From positions 53,066 to 73,065 of the forward strand of contig JALJEE010003013.1 of the NCBI GenBank assembly GCA_023231475.1: DNA of 20,000 nt, given 5' to 3'. Shown here piece after piece: positions 10,822-20,000 of the stretch; position 1 is the first letter of the stretch, and each line of letters opens with the position of its first letter. The translations under genes and the position numbers were made by a program. Below the pieces are notes generated by a model. That model saw only the letters and a program-made list of their open reading frames with translations. It did not search any database and was not told the DNA's origin. The DNA comes from Seison nebaliae (taxonomy: Eukaryota).

Positions 10822-12201
10822 TTAATCGTTCTCTTTATTAGTGCTACTTTCGGTAAAGCCTGAAAAATTATTTTAATGAAAATTTAATTTCATAATTAAA
10901 CAACTCACTTGTCGGTTTAATATCACCGTCTTCTTCTTCTTCAGAATAAACCGTCGTCAACCTTCTACTGACAATTTCTTTGAAAATTTTCTTTCCCATT
11001 TTTTTCATCAACTTTATATTATTCGGTTCCTTACAACATTTTAATCATGAATTTAAATAAGTTTAAAATAATTTAAAAAATAACTGCTGTGATCAATTCA
11101 TTTTGAACGGAAGAGATTTGCTCTCGAATTTCTTGTAAAGTAAAATAATCTAATATCTCCTCATCTGTTACTGTATCAGATTCAGTTTGAGTTGACAGAT
11201 CATCATCACCAAGTTCTAGATTCTATATTTATTTGAAGTTTTGACGAATTCAGAAAAATTAACATCATTTTGTATCTGTTCGTAGCTATTTATACTTGAT
11301 GCGTAACTGATTTCATGTTCTTTGTCCGTTTGTGACAAATCAACAATTGGTTGAGCTTCTCTTAACGGTTGTAATGGTTCAATAGCGTCGTTCAAATATA
11401 ACTTTTATGAAATAAATAAAGAATTTTTTTATAAGAAGTTATACCTTCTTTATCATCACATTTGTTCTTGGTGGTTTTGAGAAACTATGAGAGATTAATC
11501 CATATTGATCTAAAATACTAAATCGAACTATTATTCCAATCAAGTAAATATTTATAGAAAACCATTCTTTGCAGAATGTAATTACATCTTCTTTGTCAGT
11601 TAGAGTGAACACATCTTCAAGTTTATTAAGAATATTTTGTAATTCTTTCAATAAATCACATAATTCAACCAACTCTAACAAAACAGAAAAATTAGGTACT
11701 TTCAAAAATCTAAAACAAACCTCTTATTTTCGCGATAAGAAAAGTACAAATGGCATGGGCATATTTCATTTTTTCACAGAACTCTTCACTGAAGGGAACA
11801 TCACTAAATTTTTTTTCGTCGAGGAAGTACCAAAATAAGTAAGCACATAATTCCGAATAATAAGAAGCCATATGAATCGGTGTTGTCAATTGACTAACAG
11901 CAGTATTTTCATTTCCATAAGTATGAATCATAGAGAAATAGCTTAAAGAGTGATTGATCTCATTACCATTTCAAATTCTCAAAAAGAAAGTTAACTGAAA
12001 AACTTGAGATATAGACAAGTTTTTTACTTCAGGTGTATCAAAATGTAATGAATTTCCATCTCCGTCAATAACCAATCTTTTTAAACTGGCAAAATGAGTT
12101 TCGGTTAAACTTCCGTAAGTGGAAAGAAATTCATCCTTCCACTGAACTTCAGTAGCTTCGTCAGTTTTTGTCGTTTTATTTGAATCGTCCTGCGATTTCA
12201 T
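10822..12201 (-). CDS. Seven-exon gene of unknown function (helical N-terminal half, acidic C-terminal half)
   Basis: ATG 12201 (MKSQDD...). Introns 11942-11995, 11675-11720, 11402-11444, 11223-11263, 11030-11084 and 10860-10908 (or 10860-10904) join ORFs 11971, 11710, 11439 and short downstream exons (LYLNDAIEP, NLELGDDDL, EPNNIKL) in one frame. Confidence 0.7.
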
Positions 12202-12586
12202 GATAATTGATTTAATCTTCACTATGCCAGTTATAATATTAATTATCTATGGATTACGGTTACTTAGTAACAAGAAATAAAAATTTGGCGGAAATGGAAT
12301 ATTTTATTTGCTTCTCTTAATTTTTGAATTAAAAGCCTTATATTTATCGATCATCCATATGTGTTAATATCATTATTCTGTTAAATAAATATTTATATAG
12401 TTTCTATATTTAAGCAATTAACACTATTAATTAGAGTTATTAAACAAATTAATTTAAAAAATTAAAAGAATAAATCTTCAATTAAATTATCAGTTTAAAT
12501 GTTAAGCTTTTATCCGTCATCTATCGAGAAATAGATATAATAGTCAACAAATCCATATATTCTCCTCCAAATTTTTATTCATTAAA
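12202..12586. promoter_or_regulatory. Putative 385-bp bidirectional promoter between head-to-head genes
   Basis: Divergent ATGs at 12201 (-) and 12587 (+); very AT-rich; contains TTTGGCGGAAA (E2F-like) near 12283-12293. Motif function is unproven. Confidence 0.45.
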
Positions 12587-13645
12587 ATGGAAATGATATC
12601 GTTTAACACTGACCATGGATACCTGGAAGGATTATTACGTGGTTTCCGTTCCGGTATTCTTACGACGAATGATTACTTAAATTTGACTTCATGTAATTCG
12701 TTGGATGATTTAAAATCGGTTTTACAAGCGAAAGATTATGGTCAATTCCTTGCAAATGAGAGTAGTGTTTTAACAGTCGCCCTAATCGATGAAAGATTGA
12801 GAGATAAATTAGTCATCGAATTTCAACATATTCGAAGTCAGGCAGTTTCGCCATTAAGTAAATTTTTAGATTACATCACATATGGTTATATGATTGATAA
12901 TATTATTCTGCTGATTACGGGAACTCTTCATCATCGATCATTGAATGAATTATTAAATAAATGTCATCCATTGGGTAGTTTCGAACAAATGAAAGCTATT
13001 CAAGTTGCATCAACATCAGCTGAATTATATAATGCGATTATTGTCGATACACCTTTGGCACCATATTTCCAGGATTGTGTTTCAGAACATGATTTGGATG
13101 AATTGAATGTGGAAGTTATTCGGAACACTTTATATCGTGCTTATCTTGAAGACTTTCATGCTTTCTGCAAATCACTTGGTGGTTCTACAGCCAATGTGAT
13201 GTGTGAATTATTGGCATTCGAAGCAGATCGACGTGCCTTCCTTTTAACTATCAATTCATTCGGCACAGAATTAACTAAAGATGATCGTTCAAAACTCTAT
13301 CCGAAATGTGGGAAATTACATCCGGAAGGATTGGCTAAATTGGCGAATGCTGACGATTATGAACAAGTTCATCGTATAGCTGAAATGTATGATGATTATC
13401 GGAAAATTTTCGATGAAGCAGATACTGGACTTACTGGTCATTCGGGAGAGAGAAGTGTTGAAGATCGTTTCTTCGAGAAGGAAGTTCATCTCAATAAACT
13501 CTCTTTTCTCCAACAATTTCATTTCGGCATATTTTACAGTTATGTCAAATTGAGAGAGCAGGAATGTCGGAATATCATTTGGATAGCGGAATGTGTGGCT
13601 CAACAACATCGTACTAAAATCGATGCATATATTCCAACATTCTAA
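12587..13645 (+). CDS. ATP6V0D1: V-type proton ATPase V0 subunit d, 352 aa, intronless
   Basis: Full-length match to family motifs [82 protein letters not shown]. Confidence 0.98.
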   Translation: MEMISFNTDHGYLEGLLRGFRSGILTTNDYLNLTSCNSLDDLKSVLQAKDYGQFLANESSVLTVALIDERLRDKLVIEFQHIRSQAVSPLSKFLDYITYGYMIDNIILLITGTLHHRSLNELLNKCHPLGSFEQMKAIQVASTSAELYNAIIVDTPLAPYFQDCVSEHDLDELNVEVIRNTLYRAYLEDFHAFCKSLGGSTANVMCELLAFEADRRAFLLTINSFGTELTKDDRSKLYPKCGKLHPEGLAKLANADDYEQVHRIAEMYDDYRKIFDEADTGLTGHSGERSVEDRFFEKEVHLNKLSFLQQFHFGIFYSYVKLREQECRNIIWIAECVAQQHRTKIDAYIPTF

Positions 13646-13742
13646 AAATATTTATTATAAACTACAATTAATTTTATGTCTATTCTCCTTTTCAATTTAA
13701 ATTATTATCGATTTCATTCTTGTTTTTGATGATTTCCATTTG

Positions 13743-13764
13743 TCATCATCATCATCATCATCAT
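13743..13764. repeat. (TCA)7 microsatellite between convergent 3' ends
   Basis: tcatcatcatcatcatcatcat read directly. Confidence 0.9.
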
Positions 13765-13900
13765 CTAGTCTCTAATTCAATTTCTATTTATTTCCAAAAC
13801 AAATTTTAATAATCGTCTTTCAAACATTTTATTTTACATTATCTATTCACTATTCACTATTCAGATTAATTGATTCATTTCTTTCAATAAGAAATGATAA

Positions 13901-15728
13901 TTACAATGGCATATTCGAATGTTTCTTGTTTGGTAGTTTCTCTTCTTTTCTTATTAAACGTTCCAATTCATTACACAATCGAAATCTTGTCATTTTTGGT
14001 TGAATGATATCGTCAGTATATCCTCTTGTTGCTGCCGGAAATGGATTAGCAAATTTCTCGATATATTCCGCTTCATTCTTCTCTACATCTTTTCCACGAA
14101 AAATAATTTTAATGGCTCCCTAAATACAAGTTATTTATTAAAATATTAAGTTGAATTAGAAATAACTTGAGCTCCCATTACAGCCACTTCTGCTGATGGC
14201 CATGCAAGATTAACATCAGCTAATAAATGTTTCGAACTCATAACATCGTATGCTCCTCCATATGCCTTTCGAGTAATAACTGTCATCTAAATGTAACTGT
14301 TATATAATTTAGTTAAATGAGATTTAGAGAAAACTTTTGGGACAGTCGCTTCAGCAAAAGCATAAAGTAATTTTGCACCATTTCTAATAATTCCTCCATA
14401 TTCTTGTGCAGTTCCAGGTAAGAATCCTGGAACATCAACTAATGTTAATAAAGGAATATTGAATGAATCACAAAAGCGGACAAATCTTGCTGCTTTCACT
14501 GACGCATTTATATCAAGACAACCAGCAGCAACTTTCGGTTGATTAGCTACTACTCCGACGGTATAACCATTTAATCTGGTGAAACCGATGATAATGTTTT
14601 TCGCATATTCAGGCATCAATTCAAAAAATTGTCTATTATCTCCTAATTCCAAAATGATTTCTTTCATATCATATGCTTGTGATGAGTCTAAAGGAATCAT
14701 GGAATCTAACGATTTCACTATTCTATCTTTCGGATCATTATTCTTTTGTTTCATATAATCATTCTTTCGATTCGACAATGGTAAATAATTAAAGAAAATT
14801 CTTAATTGATGAAGAGCGTCAACATCATTCTCGAAAGAATTGGTAGCACATCCCGATATTTTCGTATGAGTATCAGCTCCACCCAATTCTTCTTGTGTCA
14901 CTTTCTCACCAGTCACCGATTCCACTACATCAGGTCCAGTAATAAAAAGAAAAGATGAGTCCTTTGAACATTAAATTTCATTTTGAATATTTTAAAAATT
15001 TCAACTTTTATCATAAATGTAAAATCAGTGAGAGCAGGAGAATACACCGCTCCACCAGCACATGGTCCCATAATAATAGAAAGTTGTGGAATAACACCAG
15101 AAAATCGAGCATTTCTCTATTATGAGAGGAGAGTTTATTGAAAAGTTTAAAAGAAGAAAAATCCAAACTAGAAAAATATCAGCGTAACCGGCTAATGAAT
15201 CGACACCTTCTTGTATTCGAGCACCACCAGAATCATTAATTCCAATCAATGGAATTCCACTTTTGGCAGCATAATCCATTATTTTACATATTTTTGCAGC
15301 ATGTACTTTCGAGAGACTACCTCCGAATACAGTGAAATCTTGACTGAATAAAGCTACTGGACGACCAAATATATTTCCATAACCAGTGACCACACTATCT
15401 GAAGGAAACTTAAAAGAAATTCATTCGAAGAAATTTCTTTAAGGAATTTAAGAACTTTTTGTTTCTCTAATCCAAAATGAGTGCAATCATGTTCTACAAA
15501 CATATCCGTTTCGGTGAAAGAATTTCTGTCTAACAACAACGATATTCTCTCTCGAGCTGACAATTTTCCCTTTTCATGCTGCTTGTTAATTCGATGTTGT
15601 CCACCACCTAATTGTGCCTTCTCTCGACGTTCATTAATCTTCGTTCTGACATTCAACGAATTTTGAGCGGCAGCTGATATAGTTGAAGTACGAACGAAAG
15701 ATTTATTAAAAATCAATTTTGATAACAT
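13901..15728 (-). CDS. PCCB: Propionyl-CoA carboxylase beta chain, mitochondrial, 529 aa; exons 15728-15456, 15408-15169, 15116-15006, 14961-14335, 14286-14167, 14119-13901
   Basis: Motifs [85 protein letters not shown]. Five phase-0 GT-AG introns (47, 52, 44, 48, 47 nt) give a collinear protein. The N-terminus resembles a mitochondrial presequence. Confidence 0.98.
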
Positions 15729-15901
15729 CTCTTCAACAATCTATAATTGATCGTTCAATTAACAGCAGTCAAATAATTTATTTTAAAGATTATATAATAA
15801 TCGAAAGATTTGATGTAAGATTAAGCCTTTTTCTTTAACACAATTTATTATTCTTTTATATTCATCGAAAGTCATCAGTTTAATTTTGTAATATCTTTAT
15901 T

Positions 15902-18900
15902 TCATTCATCGCCATTGAACTTTCCGATAGTTTTATTCTTAACCAATTGATAATACTCATAAAATTTCATTTTTTCTGTCACATGGTTAATTTTTTCAAA
16001 TAGCAAATGATTCTTATTTTTTGCATCAGTCGGGAAGAGAAATAATGAATAAAACCCAGAACTTTTGAATGCAAACTGATTACGAGTGGTGGGACGGTAG
16101 ACAATGGAGAATATCATCTGAAAAATAAAATACTAATTTTAACAAGAATTTTTTAAATTGGATAAGTTAAACAATACCATTGTCTGGTTTTCATATGAAT
16201 TAATTTATTTTTCGATGTTCTGCTGTTCGACTAACCAGAAAAGAAGAAAAACGATGTTTTACAAGTCAGAAGATTAGGTTTTTGATTTTAACTGATTAAA
16301 TTTCGTACGGAAGCTTTGTACGATTAATGTTCGGTGGTTGTCGTATGGAAATTCGTTACCTACACTGAGTGCAAACTAGGTTGTGCACCGAGAGCAGCGC
16401 AATTGGCACGAGTATTCTGATCGATTTTCTTGAATGGAAATCCATCCATATAGGAAGAGATATTTGAACATTATCGATTCGGTGCAAAATTTGATCTCAC
16501 AGAGCCTACTTTCGTACAGTGCGAAACCGAAAATTCTCCAATCAAATTTTTCTGCAGTTATTACTCTTTAAGTTCTCGTGAATCGTATGGTGACGCGTCT
16601 TCGATGCTGTCAAATTTCTCTATTGATTCTTATATACTGAAGAATCAGTTGGTATCTGGTAAGAATCTCATTATCAATAACTCCTCCAAAGAGTTATCTT
16701 CTTTTCTATATAATTTGCTCCGTGGGGATTTTATTTATTAATAAAAAAAAATTAAAAAAATTAGTGTCAGAAGTAACAAATTACGTCAGCCTGAACCAAT
16801 CGAGTTTCTATTAAAATAAGATAAGATAATTTAACGAAAACCACATAAAATAAAAACCTTCATTTGTGGGAATTTCGGAAAATGAAGTCATTGTCTGGTT
16901 GATCCAATTACTGTAATCCATTGTATTAGAGAAACTTTCATCATGTAGTTCTTTTTCATTACCACTTTCCAAATAGAATTCAACTCTCTTTTTCTTATTT
17001 TTGTCGAAGACGTGAAACATAACTGATCGGTTTCTAAACAAATGGAATTAAACAAAATAATGGGAAAAGGAAACTTCGCTTGTTCCGATGACGATTTCAT
17101 CGATCCTTTCATTAAATACTCTTCTTGAAAAATTGCATCTTTCTGTTGAATGAGAGAAATTTTTGCTGAATGTAAAGTAGTAGCAATTTGTTTCTTTAAA
17201 TCTGGTGAAATTTCAGATTGGTCGATCAATGACATAATTTTCAAATCGATCATTGTTCTTGTGAGAATATTAATTTGTCGAATAATTTTTATCATGTTGT
17301 TGGAATGTTTATGACCGTGTATTTTCGCCAACGACTGCTCATCATATAAACCAACTGAGGAAAAATAATTGTCGATAGATAAATATTTATCTGTCTTCTT
17401 TGTATCTTCAAGCAATTGTTGAAAATTATATTTTAATAAATTTTGTAGGTTTTTTCCCGTTAATCTCATCTGGATCTTCGTTGCTTCCTTAGTCATATTC
17501 AGAACAAATAATTCCAATGTTAATGTAATGGACAAAGTCAATGAAATTGTGTTACTATATTTGTATTCGTCGAGAATGAGGACCCAATATTTCACTGGAT
17601 GATGTGTTAATAATTCGTCTAGGAACTGTTTGGCAAATCCTTTCTTATTTCCAGTGTCAATCAATTGGTCTAAAATCCATTCAATTGTTAAATTGATGAG
17701 TGGTGGGTGATGAATCTCTAAAAATAGGATAATTTGACGATCTGAACATTTTGAAAGGAAGAATATGAACTTTTCATAATTTCACATATTCTCAAAACAA
17801 TCTCATCGGAATTTAAGGGAATTTTCAAAAATTCTAATAATGAAATGAATAACAATCAACATTTAAATTTCATCAACCTTTTGTTATATCATCGATATTA
17901 GTGAGAGGAGCATTTTCAACCAAATCTTTTGGAAGTCCAAATAAAATTTTGAATAAATTCTAGTGAGAACAAATTAATTTATTTATATCGTATATTTATA
18001 TTAATTATACAACTATTATAAACCTGTACGTATTTCCCATCGGAATCATATCGATAATTATTGTAATCATTCAAAAATAATAAATTCCCCAAATTTATTT
18101 TTATATCATAAAATATTTCATCCGAATATTTTCCATCAAATAAATTGTGAGTTAATAACTCCAAGTTCTCTTCCACTTTATCTTGATAGAAAATTTTGTA
18201 ATGTGAGTCCAGTTCAATTTTTCTAATGAGAAAATTTTCTTTAATTCCCGTCGTCCAACCTTTCTAAAATAAGTGTTATGATATTAATAGAAATAATATG
18301 AATAAACGAACATGTATTTGAAGAAATTTAATTTTGAGAGTTTTTGCAAATGAATTGAAAATATCGAAATAATTCGAACTTGAAGGCACTAAATATAATA
18401 AAAGAAGTTAAATAATTTTATTTAAAAAATTTACCGTTCATAAATAATCTTACCGAATTCTCCCATTTCGCCTCTCCGTCTTTGTTTTGGAAAAATTTGG
18501 TTATATTCAAAAATTTCTTCAAAAAGAGAATGATTTTAAACAAAATATTTTTATAAAATTTCGAACCTCGTTTGTTGACCGATTCATGGAAAGAAATAAC
18601 ATGGAAAAACCACCATATCGGGCCGATAAATTATTAAAAATTTTTTTCCCATTTGCTGTAACAGCAAATTCTACAATGTCAGAAATTATCGATCTATTTT
18701 ACGCCAAAAACAATTATGGGAAGAAAAATAAAAATTATTAATAAAAAAGATGAAATTATTAAAGATCGGAGAAATAACGGAATAAATATTGGATTAATTG
18801 GATCTTCGTTATCATTTATTGGTTGATCTGAAATATTCTCCGTAGTCTGAGGAGGAACTTGATTTGCATAAGTCTAAAGAAATTATTAAAAGAAATAGAT

Positions 18901-19214
18901 TGTAAAATTAAAACTATCAAAGGCGATCCCTTTAATTCCGTAACTGATTGATTGACATATTCAATTTCAATTGAATCTTCAGATAAATCGTTTTGTAGAA
19001 AACGTTGTTCATTCTTCAAATCATTCGTTTTGGAAAAGAGGAATTGATTTCCCTTCAAATATTTAACCATAATCTTTGTTGAATGACTGAATTTTTCAGG
19101 ATTTATGTTATCTCTCACAAAAATATTTTCATTAGAATAATTGAATTTGATAAAGGAAAGATTATTTACCATTAATTCTTGAAGATTCTTAACGACATCG
19201 TCTGGGAATTTCAT
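15902..19214 (-). CDS. Large multi-exon gene of unknown function; both ends uncertain
   Basis: Introns 18874-18914, 18694-18778, 18517-18566, 18389-18453, 18264-18307, 17960-18023, 17834-17877, 17718-17770, 17034-17074 and 16808-16857 join ORFs 18816, 17979, 16888 and 16811 into one stop-free frame. A longer intron (about 16231-16784) holds a retroelement. Exons below 16230 and above 19214 are not resolved. Confidence 0.65.
16290..16762 (+). mobile_element. Second, decayed 3' fragment of the same non-LTR retrotransposon family, antisense within an intron
   Basis: Stop-free frame 16454-16741 encodes QCETENSPIKFFCSYYSLSSRESYGDASSMLSNFSIDSYI, aligning with QCEKFNTPLRYFCSYYNLSYPSSLSDARGMLHNFKLDEYI of ORF 6301-6795. 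Upstream frameshifted pieces YGSFVRLMFG and KRYLNI resemble YNRCIRILLG and DRYLSL. Ends in AATAAAAAAAAATTAAAAAAA. Confidence 0.75.
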
Positions 19215-19582
19215 TTTTTTATTGATTTGGAAATTAGGTTCTTGGAATTAGGAATCTTATGAACAGAATGAAGAAATCGAAATTTAAAACTTTATCGAAA
19301 TGTTTAAGAAATGTAAGATTATATTCAAAGTGTATATTAGATTCAAAAACATGTAAATAAAGCCGTGTAACAGATATTCGAAATATTTCAAATATTGTGA
19401 AGAAAAATACGATGTTTTCAAGTTTTTAGGATAATTATTAAAGATCAACAATTTAGCTTTCTTCTAATCCGCCGTGAGACTCATTCTATTTATTATTAAA
19501 TTCGAGTTGTATCCGTCTTATACAAAAATCTGACCTCGCGGAACCAATTTTCTAAAAGTACGAGTGCCTATAATATAGACAC

Positions 19583-20000
19583 TACCGTCATGTGGGGCAA
19601 AATGAGATAATTTGTAGTAAGTTTATTTTTTTTCATTTATAATCCCCTCGGGGTAATGTAAAAAGAAATAATGATAATTCAGTGAAGTCATTTGTCTAGT
19701 TCCATATTTGTCAGTTCACTGCCTCGAAAGATAAATGGAAGTAAATTATTAGGAATGAGTTCAGAAATGTTGAGGGAATTCATCATTTCCGCCAATGAAG
19801 CGAGAGATTGTGGATATTCTTAATCGTAACATTTGCGAAAGAATTTAGTAGGAGAGTTGAACTCTTCACATTAATGAAAGGATGGAAATGCGAATAGTGA
19901 ATTACTGATATTGGTAATAAGTGCGCAATACCTCGATATTATCAACAGTGGAAAAGGTGGTAACTCTAAGATCGTAAACATGAACGCTCTATTGAAGGGA
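19583..20000 (+). mobile_element. Possible terminus and decayed 5' part of a pogo/Tc1-mariner-type DNA transposon
   Basis: TA followed by CCGTCATGTGGGGCAAAATGAGA, with a second GGGGTAATG at about 19650, resembles TIRs of TA-targeting elements. The downstream stop-interrupted frame (MLREFIISANEARDCGYS*...KDG) is only faintly like a CENP-B helix-turn-helix. No partner TIR in the window. Confidence 0.3.

Noticed and set aside
12587..13645. ATP6V0D as a processed pseudogene or horizontally transferred gene
   Set aside because: ORF is intact and animal-like, composition matches its neighbours, and no poly(A) or target-site duplication is visible.
7385..15728. Alternative genetic code or stop readthrough as the cause of the fragmented ORFs
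   Set aside because: AP2A, ATP6V0D and PCCB translate correctly in the standard code, and every break is explained by a GT-AG intron. The K-to-R changes use several different Arg codons.
13901..15728. GTT introns as introner elements, U12-type introns or non-GT-AG introns
   Set aside because: They share no internal similarity or terminal repeats, lack the U12 donor GTATCCTT, all have GT-AG ends, and several appear to sit at ancestral positions.
16811..17664. Possible DH-PH (RhoGEF) architecture in the large minus-strand gene
   Set aside because: Only a vague resemblance (helical region, then a short beta-like segment ending in W); diagnostic motifs are absent, so an HMM search is needed.
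18487..18741. Plus-strand 84-aa ORF (also 11569-11838)
   Set aside because: Overlaps minus-strand exons that splice into consistent frames.
1..20000. tRNA, rRNA or snRNA genes
   Set aside because: None recognised by eye; a diverged snRNA could be missed without a covariance-model search.

Overview
AT-rich, gene-dense eukaryotic (animal-like) DNA with many short introns, mostly 41-55 nt. Three conserved genes are clear: AP-2 alpha-adaptin (+, 5 exons), V-ATPase V0 subunit d (+, intronless) and propionyl-CoA carboxylase beta (-, 6 exons). Four more multi-exon genes of unknown function can be assembled by hand from the fragmented ORF track, two of them with a single transmembrane helix. The window also has a decayed DD34E Tc1 transposon, two diverged 3' remnants of one non-LTR retrotransposon family and a possible DNA-transposon end. 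The main signal is the 5' splice site. All 9 introns fixed by protein homology start with GTT, none has exonic -1 G, and only 1 has +5 G. About 33 of about 37 reconstructed introns follow this (A)|GTT pattern instead of AG|GTRAG, and AAG acceptors are frequent. This suggests a lineage with altered donor recognition (inference; needs RNA-seq and snRNA data). All gene models are manual, and comparisons with human proteins are from memory.
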